From NCBI GenBank assembly GCA_947168905.1, contig CAMVNR010000002.1:1898-65897 (forward strand): a DNA stretch of 64,000 bases. Reading direction: 5' to 3'. The stretch comes from an uncultured Lachnospiraceae bacterium. GTDB taxonomy: Bacteria; Bacillota; Clostridia; Lachnospirales; Lachnospiraceae. Made by a program: the position numbers and the translations under genes. Positions 34,143 through 43,674 of this stretch are shown here, in pieces (position 1 is the first letter of the stretch; the number at the start of each line of letters is the position of its first letter). Below the pieces are notes generated by a model that was not told the origin of the DNA, searched no databases, and saw only the letters and a list, made by a program, of their open reading frames with translations.

Positions 34143-34586
34143 ATGGATCCGGTAAATATATTTGAGCAGTATTATGCGGCGGAAATGACGGTGAACGGGA
34201 GGCCGCGCCATGCGGCGCTTGTGATGCTGATCGCTTCATCGGAACAGGGCCGGATAAGCTATGAGGCAGCGGTCAGCTTTTTCCCGCATGACGATGAGGA
34301 AGATTATGCGGTGTCCTATGACGCCTACTTCACAAGAGTCCTGTTCGAGGGGAAGGGAAGACGCTCCCCAAAACGCGAAAAAGAGCTTCTTGGGAATTTT
34401 CGGCAGGTCATAGATGAAATCGCCGAAAACGCGGAAAAAGACGAAACGCCGGGCCGGACGGTTCAGACGCCGGGAAAAGTCTGCTGGGACCGGCCGCTCA
34501 GGCCTGCCCGGGGCGGTTATGAGCTGCCGCCGCTCTCCGATGAGGCGGAAGAAGAAAACGCTGAAAAAGACGGCAGTTTACACTGA
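34143..34586 (+). CDS. Hypothetical protein
   Basis: 147-aa ORF with an acidic C-terminus. No motif recognised. Confidence 0.45.
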   Translation: MDPVNIFEQYYAAEMTVNGRPRHAALVMLIASSEQGRISYEAAVSFFPHDDEEDYAVSYDAYFTRVLFEGKGRRSPKREKELLGNFRQVIDEIAENAEKDETPGRTVQTPGKVCWDRPLRPARGGYELPPLSDEAEEENAEKDGSLH

Positions 34587-34741
34587 TTCCCCTGTTTATG
34601 TCCGGAAAAAGGCTTCCATTTTTCGGGGATATAGTATATACTGATAAGAGCGCTGGCGCTTTTTCGGCGCTTCTGTTTGTGAGCCGAAATGCGGCTTCAT
34701 GCCGCATCCGGTGATTGTCTGTAGAAAGAGAAGAATAATCC

Positions 34742-35512
34742 ATGCTTGAACTGAAGAATATTTCCTTTATGGTAGATGACGAAGGGACGGATAAGGAGAT
34801 CATCCGGGATGTGTCTCTCACGATTCCGGACCGCAGGATGGTCGTAGTGACCGGCCCGAACGGAGGCGGCAAATCAACACTTGCGCGACTCATTGCGGGA
34901 ATCGAAAAACCGACGTCGGGGCAGATTCTGTTTAACGGCGAAGATATTACAGAGAAAAGTGTTACGGAGCGGGCCAGGCTCGGCATCGGCTTTGCCTTCC
35001 AGCAGCCGGTGAAATTCAAGGGCATCCGTGTCATTGACCTGATCCGGCTGGCGTCGGGAAATCCGCGGCTCACCACGGCGAACGCCTGCGAATACCTGTC
35101 GGCTGTCGGACTCTGCGCCGTCGATTATATCGACCGGGAGGTGAATTCCAGCCTTTCGGGCGGAGAGCTGAAAAGAATCGAGATCGCGACGGTCATTGCG
35201 CGCGCGACCAGGCTGTCGGTCTTTGACGAGCCGGAAGCCGGTATTGACCTCTGGTCCTTCCAGAACCTGATCGAAGTCTTCAAAAGACTCCGCGAACATA
35301 TCGAGGACAGCTCGATTATGATTATTTCTCATCAGGAACGGATTCTGGCGATTGCGGACGAGATTGTCGTATTAAAGGACGGTGTCGTGGAGAAACAGGG
35401 ACCCCGTGAGGAAATCCTTCCCGAACTCCTCGGAACGACATCGGCGGTTCCGAGCTGCCGGGTTGTGCAGGAGCAGGACAGCCTTGCGAAAAATACGGCT
35501 GTGAACGGATGA
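34742..35512 (+). CDS. sufC: Fe-S cluster assembly ATPase SufC
   Basis: Walker A GPNGGGKST, ABC signature LSGGELKRIEI, Walker B VFDEPEAGID, H-loop ISHQ. No membrane domain. A SufB/D-type gene follows. Confidence 0.85.
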   Translation: MLELKNISFMVDDEGTDKEIIRDVSLTIPDRRMVVVTGPNGGGKSTLARLIAGIEKPTSGQILFNGEDITEKSVTERARLGIGFAFQQPVKFKGIRVIDLIRLASGNPRLTTANACEYLSAVGLCAVDYIDREVNSSLSGGELKRIEIATVIARATRLSVFDEPEAGIDLWSFQNLIEVFKRLREHIEDSSIMIISHQERILAIADEIVVLKDGVVEKQGPREEILPELLGTTSAVPSCRVVQEQDSLAKNTAVNG

Positions 35513-36456
35513 GGGGAGGATCAAGGAAGATGAAAAAGCCTGATGAAATTCAGCTGAGGCTCTTAAGAGAAGTGGCCGACCTGCACGACATTCCCGAAGG
35601 CGCCTACAATATCCGCGCGAACGGAGCGTCGGCCGGCAGAAGATCGACAGAGAATATTGAAATCATTTCGAAGACCGATGTGAGCGGCCTTGAGATCCAT
35701 ATTAAACCCGGAACGAAAAAGGAAAGCGTGCATATCCCGGTCGTGCTGACAGAGACCGGCTTAAAGGAAGTGGTGTACAACGATTTCTTCATCGGCGAGG
35801 ATGCTGAGGTCGTGATCGTCGCGGGCTGTGGCATCGACAACTGCGGGCCGAAGGACTCCCAGCATGACGGAATTCACCGTTTCTATGTCGGAAAGAACGC
35901 GAAGGTCCGCTACGTCGAGAAGCATTACGGCTCGGGTGACGGTACCGGAAAGCGCATCCTGAATCCCGGAACCGAGGTCTACCAGGAGGAAGGCTCTTCT
36001 GTCGAGATGGAAATGGTGCAGATCAAAGGCGTCGATGACACGATCCGCACGACGACGGCAGAGCTTGCAGCCGGCGCGAAGCTGGTGGTGCGCGAGCGGC
36101 TGATGACGCACGGAGAGCAGAACGCAGTTTCAACCTATGTGATTCACCTGAACGGCGACGGTTCCTCCGCGGATGTCGTGTCCCGTTCGGTTGCCCGCGA
36201 TCATTCCTTCCAGAAATTCGATGCGAAGATCGTCGGGTCCGCTGCCTGCTCCGGTCATACGGAATGCGACTCGATCATTATGGATCAGGGACGGATCCTG
36301 GCAGTGCCGGGACTGGAGGCAAACTCCGTGGACGCCGCGCTCGTCCATGAAGCCGCGATCGGCAAGATCGCCGGCGACCAGATCATCAAGCTCATGACGC
36401 TCGGTCTGACGGAAGCCGAGGCCGAAGAGCAGATTATCAACGGTTTCTTACGCTGA
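35509..36456 (+). CDS. SufB/SufD family Fe-S cluster assembly protein
   Basis: C-terminal signature region VDAALVHEAAIGKIAGDQIIKLMTLGLTEAEAEEQIINGFL. ATGA overlap with sufC; an alternative start MKKPDE lies at 35530. Confidence 0.8.
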   Translation: MRGGSRKMKKPDEIQLRLLREVADLHDIPEGAYNIRANGASAGRRSTENIEIISKTDVSGLEIHIKPGTKKESVHIPVVLTETGLKEVVYNDFFIGEDAEVVIVAGCGIDNCGPKDSQHDGIHRFYVGKNAKVRYVEKHYGSGDGTGKRILNPGTEVYQEEGSSVEMEMVQIKGVDDTIRTTTAELAAGAKLVVRERLMTHGEQNAVSTYVIHLNGDGSSADVVSRSVARDHSFQKFDAKIVGSAACSGHTECDSIIMDQGRILAVPGLEANSVDAALVHEAAIGKIAGDQIIKLMTLGLTEAEAEEQIINGFLR

Positions 36457-36624
36457 AGACAGCTGCACCATAACAACAGGGGCTGTTAAAAAAGTCCCAA
36501 TGACACGAGCCCGGTGAAGACCGGGCTCAAAGTCTGTTTGCATATATTTTTTTCATAAGAAACCCGCCGTTTTTGTAGTAAATGATATGCTCCCTTCAAG
36601 GTAGACAAGCGAAATAATAAAAGC

Positions 36625-37329
36625 TTGTTTGCCGGGAAGGGGGCATTATCGTTGAGAAGGACAAAACTTGATCCAGAGATCATCATCAATGCTATGGAGG
36701 ATTATCTGGCAGGGCTCATCAGCAAAGAGGCTATAGCTAGAAGGCTTGAGGTCAGCTTGTCCAGCGTAAAACAGTGGGTGTTGAATTACCAGTCAATGGG
36801 CGAGAGCGCTTTTACCGAAAGCGGAAACAAGCATTACTCCAAGGAGCTAAAGGAACAGGCTGTGAAGGATTATCTTTCCGGGGAGGTTTCCTTGTATGAG
36901 ATCTGTAAAAAGTACAAAATTAAGTCAACTCGTCAGCTCCGAAACTGGATAAATGTGTATAATGGTCATGGGAAGCTGAAAGCTTCCGGAACAGGAGGAA
37001 CAGTCATCATGACCAAAGGCAGGAAAACCAGCTTCGATGAAAGAGTGGAGATCGTCCGGTACTGCATCGCGCATGACCATAATTATGCAGAGACAGCAGA
37101 GAAATACGGCGTATCCTATCAGCAGGCCCGGAGCTATACAGTCAAATATGAAGCTGGTGGTATCGATGCCCTGCAGGACAGGAGGGGCCGTACAAAACCG
37201 CTGGAGGAGATGTCCGAGCTGGAGAGGCTGCGGGCAGAGAACAGGATACTGCGGGCAGAAAAAGAGCGAGCGGAAATGGAGGTATCATTCTTAAAAAAAC
37301 TCGACGAGATAGAGAGGAGGCGGGGCTGA
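36625..37329 (+). CDS. IS3-family transposase OrfA (HTH domains, leucine-zipper-like C-terminus)
   Basis: Two HTH-like segments (ISKEAIARRLEVSLSSVKQWV; HNYAETAEKYGVSYQQARSYTVKY) and a coiled-coil end LERLRAENRILRAEKERAEMEVSFLKKL. Confidence 0.8.
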   Translation: MFAGKGALSLRRTKLDPEIIINAMEDYLAGLISKEAIARRLEVSLSSVKQWVLNYQSMGESAFTESGNKHYSKELKEQAVKDYLSGEVSLYEICKKYKIKSTRQLRNWINVYNGHGKLKASGTGGTVIMTKGRKTSFDERVEIVRYCIAHDHNYAETAEKYGVSYQQARSYTVKYEAGGIDALQDRRGRTKPLEEMSELERLRAENRILRAEKERAEMEVSFLKKLDEIERRRG

Positions 37330-38228
37330 GCCTAGTCAGACATACACAGGTCTACCAGGCGATCAGGGAAGAACACGAAAAACATGGATATCCGGTCGAA
37401 GCGCTTTGTGCGCTGGGACATGTAAGCCGCTCAGCATACTATAAGTGGCTCCACAGGGAAATCCCCGCCTGCGAGGCGAAGAACCTGCGGATCGCCGAAG
37501 AGATCGAGAACATCCATATGGAGAGCCCGGACAAGGGCTACCGGCGGATCCGTGACGATCTGGAGCGGTATCATGGAATCAGGGCAAACGATAAACGAGT
37601 GCTGCGGATCTGCCGCAGGAAAGGAATCAAGTCCACGATCAAGTATTCCAACCATGGCTGCACCAGACAGTCCGCAAATCCCCAGTTCATCGCGGAAAAC
37701 CTGTTGAACAGGGAGTTCACAGCCGATGCGCCGAATCAAAAATGGCTGACGGATGTCACGGAATTCAAGTACTATGTTGGCATTGAGGTCCATAAGGTCT
37801 ATCTAAGTGCCATTCTTGACTTATATGACCGGAGGATTGTGTCTTACGTAATCAGAGATTTCAACAACAACGCCCTGGTATTCGACACGTTTGACAGGGC
37901 TGCTGAAAAGAATCCATATGCAACACCCCTTTTCCATTCGGACAGGGGATATCAGTACACGAACCGAGACTTTCATAAGCGACTTGAAAAGGCAGGAATG
38001 ACGCAGAGTATGTCCAGGGTCGCAAAGTGCATTGACAACGGTCCGATGGAAGGCTTCTGGGGTATCCTGAAACGGGAAAGATACTATGGCAGGCGTTTCA
38101 CTGACCGGGAATCCCTGGTAAAGATGATAGAAGAATACATCGAGTACTACAACAACAGACGGCTGCAGAGAAACCTGGGTGTTCTGACGCCGATGGAGAA
38201 ACACGAACAATATATGGCGGCAGCATAA
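37293..38228 (+). CDS. IS3-family transposase OrfB (DDE/rve integrase core), expressed as OrfAB by -1 frameshift
   Basis: The -1 frame is open from the A7 run (37293-37299) and reads ...VSRSAYYKWL...GYRRI.... The DDE core includes WLTDVTEF, HSDRGYQYT and DNGPMEGFWGILKRE. Confidence 0.8.
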   Translation, partial: KKTRRDREEAGLSLVRHTQVYQAIREEHEKHGYPVEALCALGHVSRSAYYKWLHREIPACEAKNLRIAEEIENIHMESPDKGYRRIRDDLERYHGIRANDKRVLRICRRKGIKSTIKYSNHGCTRQSANPQFIAENLLNREFTADAPNQKWLTDVTEFKYYVGIEVHKVYLSAILDLYDRRIVSYVIRDFNNNALVFDTFDRAAEKNPYATPLFHSDRGYQYTNRDFHKRLEKAGMTQSMSRVAKCIDNGPMEGFWGILKRERYYGRRFTDRESLVKMIEEYIEYYNNRRLQRNLGVLTPMEKHEQYMAAA

Positions 38229-38508
38229 AAACTGCCACCAGAACGAAATCTGATGGCAGAAAGTTTTTGTTTTTTCAACTGTCTACTTGACGGGAAGCAG
38301 TTCAAAATACGGCGGGTTTCTGGTATAATTAAACTATGCTAAAACCAAATTATACCGATAGATATTATACTCCTCTTCAGCTGAAATTGCCACTGGAAAT
38401 TGAAAGAATTATTGATATTTCAGATCCGGTGTACAGTTTCAATGAGATCATCGAGCATATGACGGGAAAAGAAGGAAAGGTGCTTCTCGAGAAGCGCCGG
38501 AAGGAGTC

Positions 38509-39651
38509 CTAAGCGTTTCCGTCCGGCGAAAGCGCGGCCTTCCGGTAGGCGCTCGGCGTCATATGGTAGCGCGTCTCAAACTGCCGGTAAAAATGAGTTT
38601 TATTTGTAAATCCGCACTGAACAGCGATCTCCGAAACCGGGAGATCGCTGCTTTTTAAATACTGCTCGGCCTTCTTGAAGCAGAAGAGCATCCCGTAGTC
38701 ATACAGGCTGAGGCCGGCGTATTTCTTGACGATCCGGTTCAGATAGTCGGCGCTGTAGTTGGTGACGCGGGAGAGCTCGTCCCGCGTGATCCTTCCCGCG
38801 CGCTCCTCCATAAAGCTCGTGACGCGCGAAAACAGCAGATAGTCCTTGTTCATGGCAAGCTCGATGTTGGCGCAGTGATAGAAGGGAGAGTTCAGCAGCG
38901 AGAGGATTTCGGCGATCTTTGCGCGGACCATGTAGGAGGAGCCGCAGAAGGGCCGGAAAAGCGCCGCGAGGAGCTCCTCCGTGCTGTCGTGGAGGAGACG
39001 ATAGGGCTGTTCATTCTGCCAGGCCGGGAAGAAATCGAGGTAGCTTCTGCCGCCGGGCTCCTTGAGATCTCGTCGGATAAAGTGGAGCATCGGGCTCTCG
39101 AAGAGCTGGCGCTCGGATTCGATCCGGGAACTGCGGCAGAAATCCTCAAGCTCCCGGATGTATTCGGCGGAGAGACCGATGAAGAGAATCTTCGCGGCGG
39201 AGGCAAAGCCCTCCGCGTGCCGGAGCCCGCGGTTGATGAGGCAGGCGGAGCCCGCGGGGTAGCGGTAGTCCTTCCCCTCAATTTCGTTGATGACGGTTCC
39301 GTCAAGCACGATCATCAGTTCATAATAATCATGGTAGTGCTGAAGCTCTGTCCTGAAAAAGTTATTATGCTGAAGCGCGGATTCCTGCGACAGAAAGGAC
39401 TGATCTCCGGAAAGCGTGAGTACATTCAGGCGGTCTTCGGCGCCGGTGCCGGACACGGTCTCATAGGTAATCTGGTAGCTTTCCTGAATCTGATAGAAAA
39501 AGCGGCTGAAGGCAGAATCGGAGTGGTGGATGTGCAGGACGGAGTTCTCCACGCCGTCCGGACTGTAAAAATAGCCGAGCGAGCTGTGCGGCGTTTCCTG
39601 CGGCTCTGTCTCCTGTGATCTCTGAAAGCGGCTCATTTCCTGATCTGACAT
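38509..39651 (-). CDS. AraC family transcriptional regulator
   Basis: Cupin-like sensor region plus C-terminal AraC HTH (YLNRIVKKYAGLSLYDY...EIAVQCGFTNKTHFYRQFETRYHMTPSAYRK). Confidence 0.85.
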   Translation of the reverse strand: MSDQEMSRFQRSQETEPQETPHSSLGYFYSPDGVENSVLHIHHSDSAFSRFFYQIQESYQITYETVSGTGAEDRLNVLTLSGDQSFLSQESALQHNNFFRTELQHYHDYYELMIVLDGTVINEIEGKDYRYPAGSACLINRGLRHAEGFASAAKILFIGLSAEYIRELEDFCRSSRIESERQLFESPMLHFIRRDLKEPGGRSYLDFFPAWQNEQPYRLLHDSTEELLAALFRPFCGSSYMVRAKIAEILSLLNSPFYHCANIELAMNKDYLLFSRVTSFMEERAGRITRDELSRVTNYSADYLNRIVKKYAGLSLYDYGMLFCFKKAEQYLKSSDLPVSEIAVQCGFTNKTHFYRQFETRYHMTPSAYRKAALSPDGNA

Positions 39652-39822
39652 AAAAAATCTCCTCTTTTTCGGCGCAAAAAGCTATTAAATCCCGGATATG
39701 ATACTATTATAGCATAATCAGGCCTGTTTTTGCTATTGTAAAATTGATAAAAAACAATTAAAAATATAGCGTCAGGAAAAATTTCATGAGCGGACAAAAG
39801 TCAAAGGGGAGTTCTTTCAGAT

Positions 39823-40776
39823 ATGAGTAAGAAAAATCAGGCCGGCGGCGCGCCGGTAAAAAAAATGCCTTTTACGAAAGTGATCCGGAAGCACTGGCTG
39901 CTGCTTCTGATGCTGCTGCCGGCTGTTTTATATGTGGTCATTTTCAGCTATATTCCGATGACTGGCGTGATTATGGCCTTTGAACGCTACAGCTATGAAG
40001 GCGGAATCTATTTCTCGGACTGGGTCGGCTTCGATAATTTCCGCCAGCTGATTCTGGCGAAGAAGCTCGGCATGACGACCAGAAACACCCTGCTGTACAA
40101 TGTGGCCTTCATTTTCCTCGGAATGGTCTTTGAGATGGGCATGGCAATCCTGCTGAACGAGCTGCTTTCCAAGCACTTCAAGAAGGTGGCGCAGTCCTTC
40201 ATGTTCCTGCCGTATTTCATCAGCTGGGTTGTGGCAGGTGCCATCATGTACAACGTGTTCAACTACGAAAAGGGCGTCTTCAACCACATCCTGACCTTCT
40301 TCGGCGCGGAGCCCTTCGACCTTTACAACAAGCCGGGCGCCTGGCCCTTCGTCCTGATTGCCCTCAAGATCTGGAAGCAGACCGGTTACGGAACCGTCGT
40401 CTATCTGGCGGCGATCACCGGCATCGATCAGGAAATGTTCGAGGCGGCGGCGCTGGACGGCGCGAACGCCTGGCAGAAAATCCGGTATCTCACGATTCCC
40501 TGCCTCGTGCCGACGATGATGGTCCTGGTGCTTCTCGCGATCGGAAACATTTTCCGCGGCGACTTCGGCCTGTTCTATCAGACGGTCAAGTCTTCCGTGA
40601 TCCTGCAGCCTGTGACGGAGGTCATCGATACCTACATCTTCAAGCTGCTGATTAATACCGGCAACGTCGGCGTCTCCGCCGCGGCCGGACTCTACCAGTC
40701 CATTCTCTGCTTCGCGACGATCATGATCTGCAACGGCATCGTCAAGAAGGTCAATCCGGACTATGCATTATACTGA
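39823..40776 (+). CDS. Sugar ABC transporter permease (LplB/MalF-like)
   Basis: 6-TM permease with EAA loop EAAALDGANAWQKIRYLTIP. Confidence 0.9.
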   Translation: MSKKNQAGGAPVKKMPFTKVIRKHWLLLLMLLPAVLYVVIFSYIPMTGVIMAFERYSYEGGIYFSDWVGFDNFRQLILAKKLGMTTRNTLLYNVAFIFLGMVFEMGMAILLNELLSKHFKKVAQSFMFLPYFISWVVAGAIMYNVFNYEKGVFNHILTFFGAEPFDLYNKPGAWPFVLIALKIWKQTGYGTVVYLAAITGIDQEMFEAAALDGANAWQKIRYLTIPCLVPTMMVLVLLAIGNIFRGDFGLFYQTVKSSVILQPVTEVIDTYIFKLLINTGNVGVSAAAGLYQSILCFATIMICNGIVKKVNPDYALY

Positions 40777-40794
40777 GGAAAGGAGGAATCATTC

Positions 40795-41718
40795 ATGGCT
40801 GCGAAGTCTGAAACGGTCACATACACGAGACACAGACGGAAGCTGGCGGGAGATGTGATCGCCGTCAATACGGTCGGTTATATTGTGGTCGGGCTCTTTG
40901 CCCTGTTCTGCCTGATTCCCTTCTACCTGATCGTGGTGGCTTCCTTTACGGATAACGGTGAGCTGATCCGCACGGGTTACCCGCTCTTCCCGAGAAGCTT
41001 TACGCTGGAGGCCTACCATTTGAGCATCAAGAATCCCGAGCGGATCCTGAAGGCCTACGGGACGACGATCGGCGTCACGATTGTCGGCACCTTCCTCGCG
41101 GTTGTTCTTTCCACGATGACGGGCTATGTGCTTTCGAGAAAGGACTTCCCCTGGCGGAACGGATTTGCGTTTTTCTTCTTCTTCACGACGCTGTTCTCCG
41201 GCGGCCTGGTTCCGTGGTACATTCTCTGCACCCAGTACCTGAAGTTCAAGAACAGCTACGCGGGACTGGTGCTTCCTCTGATGTTCTCCGTCTGGAACAT
41301 GATCATCGCCAAGTCCTTCATGAACGGAATTCCGGCGGCGATTACGGAGTCCGCCAAGATCGACGGCGCGAACGACTTCACGATTTACCTGAAGCTGATC
41401 CTGCCGCTGTCGAAGCCGCTGATCGCCACGCTCGGCCTGTTCTCGGCGTTGGCGTACTGGAACGACTGGTACAACTGCATGCTCTTCATCGGCAAGGATG
41501 ACATGAACAATCTGCAGTATTATCTGCAGAGCATGCTGAGCTCGGCGGAGAAGATGAGAATCGCCGCGGAGAAATCCGGCCTGCCGATCACGAATGTGCC
41601 GCTCGAATCCATGAAGATGGCCATGACCGTCATCGCGACGGGGCCGATAATCCTGCTGTATCCCTTCGTGCAGCGCTACTTCGTAAAGGGTCTGACGATC
41701 GGCGCGGTCAAGGGCTGA
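40795..41718 (+). CDS. Carbohydrate ABC transporter permease (LplC/MalG-like)
   Basis: EAA loop ESAKIDGANDFTIYLKLILPLSKP. Polytopic. Confidence 0.9.
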   Translation: MAAKSETVTYTRHRRKLAGDVIAVNTVGYIVVGLFALFCLIPFYLIVVASFTDNGELIRTGYPLFPRSFTLEAYHLSIKNPERILKAYGTTIGVTIVGTFLAVVLSTMTGYVLSRKDFPWRNGFAFFFFFTTLFSGGLVPWYILCTQYLKFKNSYAGLVLPLMFSVWNMIIAKSFMNGIPAAITESAKIDGANDFTIYLKLILPLSKPLIATLGLFSALAYWNDWYNCMLFIGKDDMNNLQYYLQSMLSSAEKMRIAAEKSGLPITNVPLESMKMAMTVIATGPIILLYPFVQRYFVKGLTIGAVKG

Positions 41719-41842
41719 CAGAAGTTCCTCAATAAAGGAAATCTTAGGATGGTGACGGAGCGTGCTCCGAAGGCCCGGACTTTTTTCGGGGACCGAGGGG
41801 ACGGCTCCTTCAACATATAAAAAATTAAAAGGGAGAAAAAAC

Positions 41843-43501
41843 ATGAAGAAACTTTTAGCTCTGCTTCTTGCAGCAGTCCTTGCTATGTCTCTTCTTGCGG
41901 CCTGCAATTCCACGACAGGCGGAAATGAGACCGAGGCGACCAAGGCTGACAGTGCCGAGACCAAGGCTGACAGCGCTGAAACCGAAGCGACTTCCACGGG
42001 TGATCCTTTCGCGGATCTTCCGGCAGAAGTGACCATGGGCGGAACCATCAAGGGAACCCCCGAAATGTATCCGAATGTAGACCTTTCCAAAGAGGAGACG
42101 ATCTACTTCACTCTGATCGGCGATACGCCGAATGATTTCCAGGATATCCTGGCGAAGGTCAATGAGTACCTGCAGCCCTTCAATACGAAGGTGGATTTCA
42201 CGATCCTTGCATGGTCTGACTACGGCGATCTGTACTCGCTGAACCTGACTTCCGGCGAGAAGATCGATGTGATCTTCACCGCACCCTGGTGCTACCTCTG
42301 GACCGAGGCCAACAAGGGCTCCTTCAAGGCTATCGACGACGAGTTCATCTCGAAGTACATGCCGCTGACCGCGAAGTATCAGATTCCGGAATCCATGGAC
42401 GGCGTCAAGCTGAACGGCAAGTACATTGCCCTTCCGCAGAATACGACGAACCCCAACGGCAAGATCGTTGCCATCCGTCAGGATCTCGCGGAAAAGTACG
42501 GCATCACCGAGCTGAAGAGCTGGGATGATTACATGAACTACTGCAAGACGATCGCCGAGAAGGAAACTCCCGAATCCGGTATCCTTGCGATGGCGGCCGC
42601 AGGCTCCAACTCCGAGCTCTGGGACGTTTACCGTCAGCAGTTTGATACACAGCAGGCCATGAAGACCGGCGACTACTGCACCTTCTACTTCAGAAGCGCA
42701 ACGAATGATATCCCGAAGTACGAAGATATCGAATTCGCGTGGGAAACCGATTACTTCAAGGATTTCTGCAAAGACATGAAGGAACTCATGGATGCCGGCG
42801 CATGGAGCCGTTCCGCGCTGACCAACGAAGTCAACGACGACGATGCTTTCGCAGCCCTTTCCGGCGCTTCGATCGCATGGAACACCACCGTATTCAACTA
42901 CATGGAGCTGGCGGAGAAGTCCGAAGGCGTCAAGTGCGAGGCTTATGATATCACCATGAATTTCGCCCCGTGCGAAGCTTACAACAACAACGATATGGCG
43001 ATCACCTCTTCTTCGAAGAACCCCGAGCGTGCCGCAATGGTCCTCGACCTCTTCAAGAACGACACCTATCTGAACCATCTGTTCCGTCTCGGCATCGAAG
43101 GAACACACTACACCATCGACGAGAACGGCTACTTCACCGAGCTTGAAAAAGCCGCTGATTACCCGGCCGACAACCTTTCGATGACCTGGGCCATCAAGAA
43201 CGGCGATATCGAACAGGCCGGCGCTGATCCGAGAAAACAGGCGATCATCGACGAGCAGAAGGCCAAGATGCTGGCCTGCCCGACCGACGGATTTGTCTTC
43301 GATGATACCAATGTAGCATTTGAAAAAGCAGCGGTTGACTCGATTTTCTCCGAGTACATTCCGTCCCTGCAGCTGGGTCTTTTCGACGATCCGGAAGCCA
43401 AGATCCAGGAAATGCTGGATGCGGCAAACGCTGCCGGTCTTGACAAGATCAAGGAAGAGTTCAAGACGCAGTACGAAGCCTGGTATGCAAGCATGCAGTA
43501 A
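41843..43501 (+). CDS. Extracellular solute-binding lipoprotein (large LplA-type sugar-binding protein)
   Basis: Start MKKLLALLLAAVLAMSLLAAC (lipobox) with the RBS GGGAGAAAAAAC upstream. The ~550-aa size is typical of LplA-like SBPs. Confidence 0.85.
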   Translation: MKKLLALLLAAVLAMSLLAACNSTTGGNETEATKADSAETKADSAETEATSTGDPFADLPAEVTMGGTIKGTPEMYPNVDLSKEETIYFTLIGDTPNDFQDILAKVNEYLQPFNTKVDFTILAWSDYGDLYSLNLTSGEKIDVIFTAPWCYLWTEANKGSFKAIDDEFISKYMPLTAKYQIPESMDGVKLNGKYIALPQNTTNPNGKIVAIRQDLAEKYGITELKSWDDYMNYCKTIAEKETPESGILAMAAAGSNSELWDVYRQQFDTQQAMKTGDYCTFYFRSATNDIPKYEDIEFAWETDYFKDFCKDMKELMDAGAWSRSALTNEVNDDDAFAALSGASIAWNTTVFNYMELAEKSEGVKCEAYDITMNFAPCEAYNNNDMAITSSSKNPERAAMVLDLFKNDTYLNHLFRLGIEGTHYTIDENGYFTELEKAADYPADNLSMTWAIKNGDIEQAGADPRKQAIIDEQKAKMLACPTDGFVFDDTNVAFEKAAVDSIFSEYIPSLQLGLFDDPEAKIQEMLDAANAAGLDKIKEEFKTQYEAWYASMQ

Positions 43502-43674
43502 GGCAGCAGACCGGCAGATTACAATTTGAATCATTTTGAACCGGAGGGCGGCGGCAGTAATTCCTGTCCGCCGCCCAAAGTATACCCTGACAAGGGCTGG
43601 AAAAGCCCTGAGGAGGATATCTGCAGGAAGACATCAATGGAAGAGACAAGTATCTTTTTTGAGAGGACAGGACC

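Larger units (their letters stand above)
36583..38304 (+). mobile_element. IS3-family (IS150-group-like) insertion sequence
   Basis: Imperfect terminal inverted repeats TGATATGCTCCCTTCAAGGTAGACA... and ...TGTCTACTTGACGGGAAGCAGTTCA (TG...CA ends). A 3-bp AAA appears duplicated relative to the uninterrupted copy (gtagtaaatacgg). orfA/orfB are arranged for a -1 frameshift. Confidence 0.85.
36479..38451 (+). mobile_element. Truncated IS1182-family copy (left end plus first ~38 transposase codons), interrupted by an IS3-family element
   Basis: 36479-36582 and 38305-38451 are collinear with 46075-46320 of the complete copy. They share the terminal GGGGC(T/A)GTTAAAAAAGTCCC and the MLKPN(Y/H)TD... 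start. Homology ends abruptly after aatgagatcat (38451). Confidence 0.8.

Noticed and set aside
40789-43534. 433-aa and 559-aa minus-strand ORFs
   Set aside because: They are antisense to the ABC permease and SBP genes. They are shadow ORFs.
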